64,000 bases of DNA. It comes from an uncultured bacterium (GTDB lineage Bacteria; Actinomycetota; Actinomycetes; S36-B12; CAIKAW01). Under the pieces are notes generated by a model that had not been told where the DNA came from, searched no databases, and was given only the letters and a program-made list of their open reading frames with translations. Position 1 is the stretch's first letter. Every line of letters starts with the position of its first letter. The translations under genes and the position numbers were made by a program. The stretch spans positions 25,793-89,792 of the forward strand of contig CAIKAW010000081.1 in assembly GCA_903825575.1 (NCBI GenBank). The letters run 5' to 3'. This document shows, in pieces, positions 27,958 through 40,881 of the stretch.

Positions 27958-29055
27958 GTGCGTGAGTATCTGCTTTGCCTGTTCGCCGCCGCGGCGGTGA
28001 CCTATTTGGCGACGGCCCCGGTCCGTCGCTTGGCCATCGGGATCGGAGCCGTAGCCGAGGTCCGCGATCGCGATGTCCACGCCGAGCCGACGCCTCGGCT
28101 GGGGGGACTTGCCATGTTCCTTGGGCTGCTGGCCGGGATGCTGCTGTCCAGCAAGTTGCCCATGATGCGCGAAGTGTTTCCGCACACTCGCGAATGGTTC
28201 GGGTTGCTTGCAGGGTGCACCCTGATCGTCGCGCTCGGGGTCGTGGATGACCGCTTTGGCCTAGATGCGCCGACGAAATTTGCGGGCCAGGTTCTAGCTG
28301 CGGCCGTAATGGCTTTCGAGGGCGTACAGGTCTTGTACCTTCCGACCGGCAGTGGCTCGGTGGTACTCGACCCGACTACGAGCATTGTTCTTACGGTCCT
28401 GGTCGTTGTGGTCACGGTTAACGCAATCAACTTCGTCGACGGCCTCGACGGACTTGCTGCCGGGATTGTCGCGATCGCCGCCCTAGCTTTCTTCGCTTAC
28501 TCGTATTTGCTATCGGTCGAGTACGGCTTTCAGCGTGCCACGATGCCGACCCTGATTTCGGCCTGTCTGGCAGGGATCTGCCTTGGATTTTTGCCCCACA
28601 ACCTGTACCCAGCCCGCATCTTCATGGGTGATACCGGTGCCATGCTCATCGGTCTGTTGCTCGCGGCCTCCACGATCACGATGTCTGGCCAAGTGGACAC
28701 TGGCGCCTTGGAAGGTACGACGCTTTTACCCGCGCTGCTTCCGATCCTGCTTCCTGTGGCGGTAGTTGCGATTCCTCTGATTGATCTGCTGCTGGCAGTG
28801 GTTCGTCGCACCCGAGCTCGCCGTTCGCCCTTTGCCGCAGACAAGGAGCACCTGCACCACCGCCTGCTCGAACTTGGACACTCGCAGCGGCGGGCGGTTC
28901 TGCTCCTGCACCTATGGACACTGCTGATCGCAGGTGCAGCGGTGGCATTGGCGTTTGTGCCGGTGGCCGTGGCTGCACTTGGGTTCTTTGCGGGTGTTGT
29001 GGTGCTGGTGTTGGCCGTCCGCTGGCCTACCTTGCAGACTCGGTTCCGGGTCTGA
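27958..29055 (+). CDS. wecA: undecaprenyl-phosphate GlcNAc-1-phosphate transferase (WecA/Rfe; MraY-family glycosyltransferase 4)
   Basis: This is a polytopic membrane protein with NAINFVDGLDGLAAG and FMGDTGAMLIG motifs. Its position before the atp operon matches mycobacteria. Confidence 0.85.
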   Translation: MREYLLCLFAAAAVTYLATAPVRRLAIGIGAVAEVRDRDVHAEPTPRLGGLAMFLGLLAGMLLSSKLPMMREVFPHTREWFGLLAGCTLIVALGVVDDRFGLDAPTKFAGQVLAAAVMAFEGVQVLYLPTGSGSVVLDPTTSIVLTVLVVVVTVNAINFVDGLDGLAAGIVAIAALAFFAYSYLLSVEYGFQRATMPTLISACLAGICLGFLPHNLYPARIFMGDTGAMLIGLLLAASTITMSGQVDTGALEGTTLLPALLPILLPVAVVAIPLIDLLLAVVRRTRARRSPFAADKEHLHHRLLELGHSQRRAVLLLHLWTLLIAGAAVALAFVPVAVAALGFFAGVVVLVLAVRWPTLQTRFRV

Positions 29056-29231
29056 GTTTGCCTCCTCCCCGGGGGGAGTGGGCATGATGGCCCCGTGTAC
29101 AGTTCTGGATCGAACGCACGGGGCGCCCGCGGGCTAGTAATCGCGGTGAAAAGCCTGGCTCGGAGCCGATCAGTTAGAGAGGACCTCAGTGGTTTCGCAG
29201 TGGTCGGCCGGCTCACTTTGGGTGAGCGGAC

Positions 29232-29465
29232 ATGACCGACGAAACCGGTCCGGAGCGAAGTCCAACTCAGTCCTCCCTCCCCGGTGCAGCAGCGTTCTTG
29301 GGCATGGGAATCTCGATTGCGGCCAGCGTCGGGGCCGGCGTGTGGCTGGGCCTACTGGCCGATTCTCGACTGCACACTGCACCTGCGTTGTTGATCGTGG
29401 GAGTCGTGCTGGGAGTCGTAGTTTCGGTGGTTTCCGTCGTGGCGCAGATCAAGCGCTTCTTGTGA
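29232..29465 (+). CDS. AtpZ/AtpI-family small membrane protein
   Basis: 77 aa with two hydrophobic helices (FLGMGISIAASVGAGVWLGLLAD..LLIVGVVLGVVVSVV). It lies immediately upstream of the atp genes. Confidence 0.6.
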   Translation: MTDETGPERSPTQSSLPGAAAFLGMGISIAASVGAGVWLGLLADSRLHTAPALLIVGVVLGVVVSVVSVVAQIKRFL

Positions 29466-29481
29466 CGTCCAGCGAGCGGAC

Positions 29482-29895
29482 GTGACGACCTTGCTCGATG
29501 ACCTCAAGCCTGACTCCCTGACCCGCGTGATGCGCCCGACTGTGTTCTCGGCAATCGCACTTGGCCTAATTGGGTTTGGCGTCTCGATCTGGCTGTCTGC
29601 CCCGACTGCCGCCGTTGGAATCGTGATCGGGATTGTCGCGGCCATCTTCAATGTGCGAATCCTTGGGGCCGGAGTCCTTCGGGTACCTGCCGATCAGGCC
29701 GAGGAGACCAAGTCGGTGCGCCGCCTGCTGGGCAAGAACAGTGCAGTCCGGTTAACGCTTATCACCGCGGTTGCCATAGGTTTGGTTTTACTGAACCACC
29801 CGCTTGGAATCGGCATGGTGGTCGGGCTCGTGCTTTTCCAGATTGCTTTTGTCGTCAACGCAGGTCGCGTCATAATCGCAACCAAGGCTGGATGA
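29482..29895 (+). CDS. ATP synthase protein I-like membrane protein
   Basis: 137 aa with four predicted hydrophobic segments, positioned just before atpB. The call rests on position and hydrophobicity only. Confidence 0.5.
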   Translation: MTTLLDDLKPDSLTRVMRPTVFSAIALGLIGFGVSIWLSAPTAAVGIVIGIVAAIFNVRILGAGVLRVPADQAEETKSVRRLLGKNSAVRLTLITAVAIGLVLLNHPLGIGMVVGLVLFQIAFVVNAGRVIIATKAG

Positions 29896-29904
29896 GGAAT
29901 ACCG

Positions 29905-30642
29905 GTGATGGTCTCGACAAGTGTTGTGCACTCTGCCGCAACGATTGACGTCGGCGGGCACGCGGCCACGGCACAACTTTTTGGAATGACGATCTCGCTA
30001 GACATCGTTTGGTCGAGTCTGGCAGCGGCGGCAGTGGTCCTCGGACTTGGATTCGCGATGCGAGCCAAGGCGACGTCAGGTGTCCCCGGCAAACTGCAAC
30101 TTATCTGGGAGACGCTGACCGAGCAGGTCTCGGAGATCGCAGGGTCGGCATTGGGCCCGGCTGGGCGCAAGTTTGTGCCGTTGGCCATGTCTATCTTCAT
30201 CTTCATTCTTGTCTGTAACTGGATTGAGGTCATCCCATCTGGGCATAACCCGGAGTGGTTCCCAGCACCGACCTCTGATGTGAACCTTCCGCTGGCGATG
30301 GCCCTGACCGTGATTGCCTTGGTCCACTACAACTCCATCAAGGCGCGCGGTTTCAAGGGTTACTTCAAGCATTACCTAGAGCCCTACCCGGTCATGCTCC
30401 CGATTAACATCATCGAAGAGATCACTAAGCCGATCACTTTGACATTCCGGTTGTTCGGAAACCTTTTCGCGAGCGTCCTGATGGTGACCGTGATTACGGC
30501 TTTGGTTCCCATTTGGGCGATTCCATTCGGTGAGCTGCCCTGGAAGATCTTCGCGATGGCGATTGGGGCCATTCAGGCATTCATCTTTGCCCTCCTGACG
30601 ATCATCTACCTCGGTATCGGGATGGATACCAGTGGGCACTAG
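29905..30642 (+). CDS. atpB: F0F1 ATP synthase subunit a
   Basis: It has the conserved Arg helix motif ITLTFRLFGNLFA. The start is GTG 29905 or ATG 29908. Confidence 0.92.
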   Translation: MMVSTSVVHSAATIDVGGHAATAQLFGMTISLDIVWSSLAAAAVVLGLGFAMRAKATSGVPGKLQLIWETLTEQVSEIAGSALGPAGRKFVPLAMSIFIFILVCNWIEVIPSGHNPEWFPAPTSDVNLPLAMALTVIALVHYNSIKARGFKGYFKHYLEPYPVMLPINIIEEITKPITLTFRLFGNLFASVLMVTVITALVPIWAIPFGELPWKIFAMAIGAIQAFIFALLTIIYLGIGMDTSGH

Positions 30643-30735
30643 CATTTGGCGACCCCGCGGCGCATCGGACTTGTCCGTCGTGGGTACCCGAAAGACTTTT
30701 CGAAACAGCAGCAGCAAGCGATCTCTGGAGGAGAA

Positions 30736-31002
30736 ATGGCAGTAGATGCTGGGCTTGACAGCGCGATTCGCGTAGCTGGAGCCCTAATCGGTGGCGGTCT
30801 GGCACTAGCCGGCGGTGCCGCCGGCGCGGCCATCGGTGACGGCCTTGTGGGTAGCTCGACGATCCAGGCGATCGCTCGGCAGCCCGAAATTGAGAGCAAG
30901 GCTCGTACCTACTTCTTCCTGACCGTTGGTCTGGTTGAGGCCGCGTACTTCATCAACCTGCTCTTCATGGTCGTTTTCGTTTACGTCTTCTCGAGCAAGT
31001 AA
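30736..31002 (+). CDS. atpE: F0F1 ATP synthase subunit c
   Basis: ORF 30646.. was trimmed to ATG 30736, which is preceded by GGAGGAG. It has the Gly-rich helix [11 protein letters not shown], the loop ARQPE and the carboxylate helix LVEAAYF. Confidence 0.9.
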   Translation: MAVDAGLDSAIRVAGALIGGGLALAGGAAGAAIGDGLVGSSTIQAIARQPEIESKARTYFFLTVGLVEAAYFINLLFMVVFVYVFSSK

Positions 31003-31043
31003 CCCCAGATCTGCGATGGACCTACGACAGCACTTGCCGATGA

Positions 31044-31622
31044 TTGAGCAAGAACTGGCGTGGTCCGGACGAAGTGGAGCGCGTTGACGTGGTGCCAACA
31101 GCATCGATTTTCTTGCTTCCCAACGGGACGTTTTTCGTCGAGTTGGCGATCTTCCTTGTCATTGTCTTTTTGATCGGCAAATACATTCTCCCGCCGATCA
31201 ACAAGGCGCTCGAGGAGCGTCAGGAGCACATCAAGTCCTCGCTTGAGGCCGCTGATGTGGCTCGTGCCGATGCGGCCGCTGCCGATGGTGAGCGCCGTGC
31301 GGCACTCGAGGAAGGCCGTCGTCAGGCCCGCGAGATTGTTGCGCAGGCCAATGGCACGGCCGACCAAGTGCGGGCCGAGGCCGTGACCAAGGCGCAGGTC
31401 GAGTACGACCGGATCTTGGCCAAGGCCGACTCTGAGGTCGCAGTCCACCGTCAGCGTGCAGTCGAGGAAGCTGCTGGCCGGATGGGCGAGATCGTGTTCG
31501 ACACCGTCGAGCGCGTGATCGGCCGCGAAGTTGACGCCACGACACACCGCGACCTGATTGACGCTGCGGTCACCGCGCTGAAGGCCGACGCGGCAGCCGC
31601 GGGAGCGGGATCGCGTCCGTGA
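31044..31622 (+). CDS. atpF: F0F1 ATP synthase subunit b
   Basis: It has a single N-terminal TM helix (LPNGTFFVELAIFLVIVFLIGKYI) followed by a long charged helix. The true start may be GTG 31089 (GGAG lies upstream). Confidence 0.85.
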   Translation: MSKNWRGPDEVERVDVVPTASIFLLPNGTFFVELAIFLVIVFLIGKYILPPINKALEERQEHIKSSLEAADVARADAAAADGERRAALEEGRRQAREIVAQANGTADQVRAEAVTKAQVEYDRILAKADSEVAVHRQRAVEEAAGRMGEIVFDTVERVIGREVDATTHRDLIDAAVTALKADAAAAGAGSRP

Positions 31623-32554
31623 AACCAAGCCTGCAGGGGTTCGCCGCCGCCGTCGTTGAGTCAGTCTCCGGACCGGCTTTGGCGACGTTGGCGGAGGAAT
31701 TGGAAGCCGTTCACTCGTTAGTGGACGGCAATCCTGTCTTGCGGGCGGCTTTGACTGATACCTCAATGTCCGCGGCCACCCGACGCGCCGTCGTTGATGA
31801 TCTGCTTGCCGATCGTGTCTCCAGCCAGGCCCGGCGAAGTGCGGCATTTGCGGCCGGGGCGGCATCTGCCCCGGAACTGCCGGCGGCGCTGGCATGGTTG
31901 GCAGCCCGCGCCCGGCACGCGGCCGAAGGAATCGCAGTCCAAGAACCAGCGTTGGGGTATCTATCCGCTCGAGCACGGGTGGGGGGTTACGCCACCTTCG
32001 TTTTCGAGTCTGTCGCAACCGATTCCTTGCCGCAGATCGAGGATGAACTCTTCCGCTTCGCTCGTACCGTCGAGTCAATGCCGTCACTGCGGACGGCCCT
32101 TTCGAACCGCGACCTTCCGCTTGAAGTTCGACTAGCCGTCGTCAACGCGTTACTGGCAGGCAAGGTTGAGTCAGCCACGTTGGCCCTCGTCGGATACACG
32201 ATTGAAGGTGGCCGACCGCGCGATCTGGTTGGCACCTTGGACTTCCTGGTCGAGCACACGGCGCGCGCCCGCGGTTGGCGGGTGGCGCGGGTCCACTCGG
32301 CTCGCGACATTGCCCCCGCTGAGCGCGACGAGTTAGGCCGCGCGCTTTCGGCGCTTGCTGGCAACCCAGTTGAACTGCAGGTGAGCATTGAGTCGAAGTT
32401 GCTAAGCGGCGTACTTGTCCAACTTGGCGACTTGCAGATCGACTCGACCACCCGCGGGCGGCTCGATGCTTTGCACGAACACCTCTTCAGCCGCGGCTGG
32501 GAAGACTTACTTGACGGACCCGAGCATGGATCAGCAGACAAGGGAGCACGTTGA
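31619..32554 (+). CDS. atpH: F0F1 ATP synthase subunit delta (extended, 311 aa)
   Basis: The C-terminal pattern is OSCP-like ([35 protein letters not shown]). A GTGA overlap links it to atpF. Confidence 0.85.
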   Translation: MKPSLQGFAAAVVESVSGPALATLAEELEAVHSLVDGNPVLRAALTDTSMSAATRRAVVDDLLADRVSSQARRSAAFAAGAASAPELPAALAWLAARARHAAEGIAVQEPALGYLSARARVGGYATFVFESVATDSLPQIEDELFRFARTVESMPSLRTALSNRDLPLEVRLAVVNALLAGKVESATLALVGYTIEGGRPRDLVGTLDFLVEHTARARGWRVARVHSARDIAPAERDELGRALSALAGNPVELQVSIESKLLSGVLVQLGDLQIDSTTRGRLDALHEHLFSRGWEDLLDGPEHGSADKGAR

Positions 32555-34077
32555 TGGCAGAGCTGACGATCGACGCCAACGAAATCACGGAGGCGTTGCG
32601 ACGGCACGTGGCCGAGTACACCCCAGCGGTGGGTTCGGAGCAGGTGGGGCGCATCGTCGAGGTCGGTGACGGCATCGCGCGAGTCTCCGGCTTGCCGAGT
32701 GCTGCGGTCAACGAGTTGCTCGAGTTTGAAGACGGCACCCTCGGGTTGGCGCTGAACCTCGACGAAGACACCATCGGTGCAGTCGTCTTGGGATCAGTCG
32801 ACCGACTTGAGGAGGAGCAGGTCGTCCGGGCGACCGGACGCATCCAGACCGTTCCGGTCGGCGACGCGCTGCTCGGACGCGTTGTGAACGCGCTTGGCGA
32901 GCCGATCGATGGCAAGGGTCCGATCGCCACGGACATCACTCGTCGTATGGAGGTCCAGGCGCCCGGCATCATCGGCCGCCAGCCAGTTTCCGAGCCGCTA
33001 CAGACCGGCATCAAGGCCATTGACGCCATGACCCCGATTGGTCGTGGCCAGCGCGAACTGATCATCGGCGACCGCAAGACCGGCAAGACGACGGTCGCGA
33101 TCGACACGATCATTAATCAGCGCGGTCTCGGTGTGAAGTGCATCTACGTTGCTATCGGCCAGAAGAACTCCTCGGTCGCGCAGACCGTCGCCACGCTCAC
33201 CGAGCATGACGCGATGGATTACACGGTCGTTGTCGTGGCTTCCGCTGGTGACCCGGCGCCTTTCAAGTTCCTTGCCCCCTACGCCGGTTGCGCGATGGGT
33301 CAGCACTGGATGGAGAACGGCGAGCATGCACTAGTCGTCTATGACGACTTGTCGAAGCAGGCTGAGGCCTACCGCCAGGTATCGCTGTTGCTGCGACGCC
33401 CCCCGGGCCGCGAGGCTTACCCCGGCGACGTCTTCTACCTGCACAGCCGGTTGCTCGAGCGCGCAGCCAAGTTGTCCGATGCCCTTGGTGGCGGGTCGCT
33501 CACCGCGCTGCCGATCATCGAGACCAAGGCCGGCGACATTTCGGCCTACATTCCCACCAACGTCATTTCGATCACCGATGGTCAGGTCTTCCTTGAGGCC
33601 GACCTGTTCTACTCCGGTGTTCGTCCGGCCATCAACGTCGGCAACTCGGTGAGTCGAGTTGGTGGCGCTGCACAGATCAAGGCCATGAAGGGTGTTGCCG
33701 GAACGCTAAAGCTTGACCTTGCTCAGTTCCGCGAGCTCGAGTCGTTTGCAACGTTCGGTTCCGAGCTCGACAAGGTTTCCCAAGCGCAGCTTGACCGTGG
33801 CTACCGGCTCACCGAGTTGCTCAAGCAGCCGCAGAACGCGCCCGTGCCGGTCGAGGAGCAGGTGCTCGTTGTATATGCGGGCACCCGTGGCTGGACCGAC
33901 ACCGTTCCGGTTTCTGAGGTGCGCCGATTCGAGGCTGAACTGCGCGAGAACTTCCGGGCACATCACTCGGACTTGCTCACTCACACCCGCACTACCGGCA
34001 CTCTGCCCGACGCAGCGCTGCTGGATGCGGCATTGACTTCCTTCGTCGCCGGATTCGATACCGGGAAGGTTGACTGA
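32554..34077 (+). CDS. atpA: F0F1 ATP synthase subunit alpha
   Basis: It has the Walker A motif [15 protein letters not shown] and the conserved region [24 protein letters not shown] 32554 shares one nucleotide with the atpH TGA. Confidence 0.95.
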   Translation: MAELTIDANEITEALRRHVAEYTPAVGSEQVGRIVEVGDGIARVSGLPSAAVNELLEFEDGTLGLALNLDEDTIGAVVLGSVDRLEEEQVVRATGRIQTVPVGDALLGRVVNALGEPIDGKGPIATDITRRMEVQAPGIIGRQPVSEPLQTGIKAIDAMTPIGRGQRELIIGDRKTGKTTVAIDTIINQRGLGVKCIYVAIGQKNSSVAQTVATLTEHDAMDYTVVVVASAGDPAPFKFLAPYAGCAMGQHWMENGEHALVVYDDLSKQAEAYRQVSLLLRRPPGREAYPGDVFYLHSRLLERAAKLSDALGGGSLTALPIIETKAGDISAYIPTNVISITDGQVFLEADLFYSGVRPAINVGNSVSRVGGAAQIKAMKGVAGTLKLDLAQFRELESFATFGSELDKVSQAQLDRGYRLTELLKQPQNAPVPVEEQVLVVYAGTRGWTDTVPVSEVRRFEAELRENFRAHHSDLLTHTRTTGTLPDAALLDAALTSFVAGFDTGKVD

Positions 34078-34080
34078 CCT

Positions 34081-36460
<2,380 letters not shown>

Positions 36461-36461
<1 letters not shown>

Positions 36462-36973
36462 TGGCAGACACGTTTGCCCTTGAGGTCGTCACCCCGGAGC
36501 GGGTGCTGGTTGCGGCCGCTGCGACTGCGGTTTCGCTGCGGACATCCGGCGGCAGCATGACCGTTCTGGCGGGGCATGCTGCTTTCGTGGGCGATCTGAT
36601 TTCTAGCGAGGTCCGAGTAGACCGAGTTGACGAAGAACCCTTGCGGATGGCCATTCACGGCGGTTACGTGCAGGTCGACACCGGTCGCGGAGCAGTTGAG
36701 GGTGTTGCTGGCGTGGGCGATGGTCCGATCTCAGGTGTGTCCACCCGCGTGACCTTGGTTGTTGGCGTAGCCGAACTTGCCACCGACATTGACGTTCCGC
36801 GGGCCGAGGCCGCCAAGGCCGATGCGCAAAGTCGCCTAGATGCGTTGCGGGCCGGGGCAAGCCGCACTGACTCTTCCGAGGAAGCACGAATTGATCTGGA
36901 CGTGCAGGCGGCCGAAGCCGACCTAGCCCGAGCCGAACTTCGTCTTCAAGTAGCTGGGGTAAGCGTCAGCTGA
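36461..36973 (+). CDS. atpC: F0F1 ATP synthase subunit epsilon (170 aa, carries an insertion)
   Basis: It has an N-terminal beta-sandwich (LEVVTPERVL..LAGHAAF) and C-terminal helices (DIDVPRAEAAKADAQ). A TAATG junction links it to atpD. Confidence 0.85.
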
Positions 36974-36975
36974 AT

Positions 36976-37548
36976 CTAGCGTTCGCCGCCGGGTGTCCAT
37001 AGGACGTCACCAGCAGTGCCGTTGGCTGCCCGCGCAAGGATGAAGAGCAGGTCAGATAGCCGGTTGAGGTACTTGGCTGTCAGGAGGTTTACACCCTGCG
37101 CGTACTCGTCTACTGCAGCCCAGGCGGCGCGCTCCGCTCGGCGCACGACAGTGCGCGCGACATGCAACAGGGCGCTGCCAGCAGTGCCTCCAGGCAGGAT
37201 GAACGACCGCAAGGAACTAAGTGCTGCGTTGTGTTCGTCGCACGCTGACTCGAGACGAACGATGTAGTCCTCGGTGATTCGCAGCGGTGGGTGCTCGGGG
37301 TTTTCGATCACCGGCGTGCACAAGTCGGCTCCGACATCGAACAGTTCGTTTTGGATCCGGATCAGCAGTTTGTGAAGGTCCGGAGGCAGGTCGCCAAGCG
37401 CCAGCGCGACCCCGATGGCGGAGTTTGCCTCGTCGACATCGGCATAGGCGTTGAGCCGAAGGTCGTTCTTATCGGTGCGACTGAAGTCGCCGAGAGCAGT
37501 CGTGCCGTCATCGCCGGTGCGGGTGTAGATCCGAGTTAGATTGACCAC
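36976..37548 (-). CDS. ATP:cob(I)alamin adenosyltransferase, PduO type
   Basis: The N-terminal motif is IYTRTGDDGTTAL, with a PduO-type helical bundle pattern (FILPGG..A..LHVARTVVRRAER). Confidence 0.88.
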   Translation of the reverse strand: MVNLTRIYTRTGDDGTTALGDFSRTDKNDLRLNAYADVDEANSAIGVALALGDLPPDLHKLLIRIQNELFDVGADLCTPVIENPEHPPLRITEDYIVRLESACDEHNAALSSLRSFILPGGTAGSALLHVARTVVRRAERAAWAAVDEYAQGVNLLTAKYLNRLSDLLFILARAANGTAGDVLWTPGGER

Positions 37549-37600
37549 GGGACCACCTTAGGCCCCATAGCGGCGGCGGGCTCGGTGGACGCTGGTTACC

Positions 37601-38893
37601 ATGGCCCACGTGGAGGCCATCAGGATCGTCGGCGGCGCCCGGCTGGCCGGTTCGGTCCGGGTCCCGGGCGCGAAGAACAGCGTGCTGATGCTGATGGCTG
37701 CTGCGCTCCTTGCCGAAGGTCGCACCATCCTCGAGGATGTGCCGGTAATCCTCGATGTCGCGATCATGTCCGAGTTGCTGCGGCGCCTCGGCTGCGAAGT
37801 TGAGCATGACGTTGTATTGGGGCGCCTAACAATCGACGTTCCGGCCGAGCCGCTGCACCAAGCTGACTACGACCTCGTGCGACGAATGCGTGCGTCCATC
37901 AATGTTCTCGGCCCACTGCTCGGACGCCTAGGTATCGCCGATGTCGCCTTGCCCGGCGGGGACAATATTGGCTCGCGCGGCCTTGACCTGCACATCTCCG
38001 GCCTTGAACGACTTGGCGCCACCGTCGAAAGTGAACACGGGTATCTGGTTGCACGCGCGCCTGGTGGCCTTGTAGGTGCCACGTTGTGGTTGGACTTCCC
38101 GAGCGTGGGCGCGACGTTGAATTTGTTAATGGCAGCCGTGTTGGCTCGGGGCACCACAGTGATCGACAACGCAGCGCGTGAACCGGAGATCGTCGACGCC
38201 GCGCACTTGTTGGTCGCGATGGGAGCCAAAATCGATGGAATAGGAACCTCGACCCTGATGATCGACGGGGTCGAGGAACTGCACTCCGTCACACATCGAG
38301 TTGTACCGGATCGAATCGTTGCTGGGACGTGGGCGGTCGCTGCAGCCCTGACGTTGGGCGACATCACCATCAACAACGCAGATGCTTCCCACCTCGAGAT
38401 TGCGCTCGACAAACTTGCCCAGGCTGGGGCTGACGTTGTGGTTCATGACGACGGATTCCGCGTACGCATGTCCAAACGTCCGTTGGCGGTCGATGTCGTG
38501 ACCTTGCCCTACCCGGGATTCCCAACCGATCTGCAACCGCACTTCCTTGCGCTGAATTCGATTGCGGTGGGGGCCGGAATGGTCACCGAGAATCTGTTCG
38601 AAGCCCGGTTCCGATTTGTTCAGGAATTGGCACGGATGGGTGCCGAGGTGCGCACCGATGGCCACCACGCGCTGGTGCGCGGGCGCGAACGCCTATCCGG
38701 CGCCCCTGTTGAAGCCAGCGATATCCGCGCCGGTGCGGCGTTGGTGCTGGCCGGGCTGGTTGCTGAAGGGATAACTACAGTCCACGAGGTTCAGCATGTT
38801 GACCGTGGTTATGCCCACTTTGTTGAGGATCTGCAACGGTTGGGCGCCGATGTGACTCGAATCCAAACCGATCTGGGAACTGGTGCTCCGTGA
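37601..38893 (+). CDS. murA: UDP-N-acetylglucosamine 1-carboxyvinyltransferase (Asp at the fosfomycin-target position)
   Basis: It has VPGAKNSVL and the active-site loop [15 protein letters not shown]. The GAC codon at 37961..37963 sits where E. coli MurA has the Cys. Confidence 0.95.
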   Translation: MAHVEAIRIVGGARLAGSVRVPGAKNSVLMLMAAALLAEGRTILEDVPVILDVAIMSELLRRLGCEVEHDVVLGRLTIDVPAEPLHQADYDLVRRMRASINVLGPLLGRLGIADVALPGGDNIGSRGLDLHISGLERLGATVESEHGYLVARAPGGLVGATLWLDFPSVGATLNLLMAAVLARGTTVIDNAAREPEIVDAAHLLVAMGAKIDGIGTSTLMIDGVEELHSVTHRVVPDRIVAGTWAVAAALTLGDITINNADASHLEIALDKLAQAGADVVVHDDGFRVRMSKRPLAVDVVTLPYPGFPTDLQPHFLALNSIAVGAGMVTENLFEARFRFVQELARMGAEVRTDGHHALVRGRERLSGAPVEASDIRAGAALVLAGLVAEGITTVHEVQHVDRGYAHFVEDLQRLGADVTRIQTDLGTGAP

Positions 38894-40881
38894 CTCGCGA
38901 TAAGCCGTGGCTGATGCGAACGTACGCTGGCCACTCCTCGCCCACTGAGTCAAACGAGTTGTTTCGAAAGAACTTAGCCAAGGGACAGACCGGCCTTTCG
39001 GTGGCCTTCGACCTGCCAACCCAGACGGGCTACGACCCGGACGACGACCTGGCCGTTGGCGAAGTTGGCAAGGTCGGGGTGCCTATTACGCACCTGGGCG
39101 ATATGCGAGCCCTGTTCGCCGGAATCCCGCTGAATCAAATGAATACTTCAATGACCATCAATGCGACGGCGATGTGGCTGCTGGCACTGTATGTCGTCGC
39201 TGCCGAGGAACAGGGCGTACCGGCAATCGAATTGTCGGGGACTACCCAGAACGACATCGTCAAGGAGTACCTGTCGCGCGGTACCTACATCTTCCCGCCC
39301 GGGCCAAGTCTTCGCCTGACGACTGATGTGATCGCTTACACCGTCACCAATGTGCCAAAGTGGAATCCGACGAACATCTGCAGCTATCACCTGCAAGAGG
39401 CTGGCGCGACGCCTGTGCAGGAACTGGCTTTTGCGCTGTCCACGGCGATCGCGGTGCTTGATGCCGTGCGCGATTCGGGGCAAGTGCCGCCGGAACGGTT
39501 CGGCGATGTAGTTGCGCGCATCTCGTTCTTTGTGAATGCCGGGGTGCGGTTCGTCGAAGAGCTGTCCAAGATGCGGGCCTTCGTTGCGTTGTGGGACGAA
39601 TTGACGCTGGAGCGCTACGGGGTTACCGATGCGGATCAGCGCCGTTTTCGGTACGGGGTACAGGTGAACTCACTCGGACTTACGGCGGCGCAACCCGAGA
39701 ACAACGTTCAAAGAATTGTGCTCGAAACACTTGGCGTGACGCTTTCCAAGAATGCCCGAGCGCGGGCTGTTCAGTTGCCTGCATGGAATGAAGCGCTTGG
39801 TTTGCCGCGCCCGTGGGACCAGCAATGGTCCTTGCGAATCCAGCAGGTGCTTGCCTTTGAAAGCGACCTCTTGGAATACCCGGACATATTCGATGGCTCG
39901 GTAGTTATCGAGAAAATGACTTCCGACTTGGTAGCCGCCGCCCGCGAGGAGATGGCGAAGGTGGCTTCGCTCGGTGGTGTTGTGGCGGCGGTTGAAAGCG
40001 GGTATCTAAAGTCTGCGCTTGTCTCATCGCATGCTGACCGCAGGGCCCGCATCGAGTCCGGTGAAGAAATCGTTGTCGGAGTCAATGCATTCGAGAACAC
40101 CGAACCGAGCCCGCTGACGGTCGATATCGATTCCTCCGTCATGCAAGTGGATCCGGCTGTCGAAGCCAAGGCGCGCGAGTCGCTCAATCGGTGGCGCTCA
40201 AGCCGGGAATCAGCTAGGTCATCGGCTGCGTTGGCGCAACTGATTGCCGCCGCCAATACCGCCGAGAACTTGATGCCAGCCACACTCGAATGCGTTCGCG
40301 CGGGCGTCACGACGGGGGAGTGGGCTGGTGCGCTCCGGGATGTGTTTGGCGAATACCGCGCTCCAACCGGGGTCTCAGGCGCCGTCGGTACTGCCGCACC
40401 CACACCGTCTTTGGCGGCGTTACGCGTGGCTGTTCGCGAAACGGGGATCGCGATCGGCGGCCACCTGCGCCTTCTAGTCGGTAAGCCGGGCCTAGACGGA
40501 CACAGCAACGGTGCCGAACAGATTGCGGTGCGGGCGCGCGACGCCGGCTTTGAGGTTGTGTATCAAGGAATTCGGCTGACGCCAGCACAGATTGTCGCTG
40601 CTGCCGTGGCCGAGGACGTTCAATGCGTCGGCCTTTCGATCCTGTCTGGCTCCCATCGGGTGGCAGTGCCCCAGGTTGTCGAGGGTTTGCGCGCTGCGGG
40701 CGTGACCGATGTTCCGGTTGTCGTCGGCGGAATCATTCCTGATGCCGACGCCGAATGGCTGCTGGCGAATGGAGTCGCAGCGGTTTTCACGCCGAAGGAT
40801 TTCGATGCCACGGTGATCATGTCCAAATTGCTTGATGAGATTCGCGTTGCGCACGGGCTGACTCGATTGGTCGGGTCGTGA
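38890..40881 (+). CDS. B12-dependent acyl-CoA mutase, catalytic and cobalamin-binding domains fused (methylmalonyl-CoA mutase family; likely ethylmalonyl-CoA mutase, MeaA/Ecm type)
   Basis: It has [33 protein letters not shown] and [12 protein letters not shown]. The C-terminal B12 domain has DxHxxG (GLDGHSNG). No G-protein domain is present. A GTGA overlap links it to murA. The subfamily call is inferred from remembered motifs and from the presence of ccr in the window. Confidence 0.8.
   Translation: MTRDKPWLMRTYAGHSSPTESNELFRKNLAKGQTGLSVAFDLPTQTGYDPDDDLAVGEVGKVGVPITHLGDMRALFAGIPLNQMNTSMTINATAMWLLALYVVAAEEQGVPAIELSGTTQNDIVKEYLSRGTYIFPPGPSLRLTTDVIAYTVTNVPKWNPTNICSYHLQEAGATPVQELAFALSTAIAVLDAVRDSGQVPPERFGDVVARISFFVNAGVRFVEELSKMRAFVALWDELTLERYGVTDADQRRFRYGVQVNSLGLTAAQPENNVQRIVLETLGVTLSKNARARAVQLPAWNEALGLPRPWDQQWSLRIQQVLAFESDLLEYPDIFDGSVVIEKMTSDLVAAAREEMAKVASLGGVVAAVESGYLKSALVSSHADRRARIESGEEIVVGVNAFENTEPSPLTVDIDSSVMQVDPAVEAKARESLNRWRSSRESARSSAALAQLIAAANTAENLMPATLECVRAGVTTGEWAGALRDVFGEYRAPTGVSGAVGTAAPTPSLAALRVAVRETGIAIGGHLRLLVGKPGLDGHSNGAEQIAVRARDAGFEVVYQGIRLTPAQIVAAAVAEDVQCVGLSILSGSHRVAVPQVVEGLRAAGVTDVPVVVGGIIPDADAEWLLANGVAAVFTPKDFDATVIMSKLLDEIRVAHGLTRLVGS

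Noticed and set aside
38890-40881. IcmF-type fused isobutyryl-CoA mutase or canonical MutB methylmalonyl-CoA mutase.
   Set aside because: There is no P-loop G-protein domain between or beside the domains, as IcmF has. The N-terminal [11 protein letters not shown] and [11 protein letters not shown] patterns differ from the MutB pattern I remember (RQYAGFST, LATHRGYDSD). A plain ICM large subunit would lack the fused B12 domain. The subfamily remains unproven.
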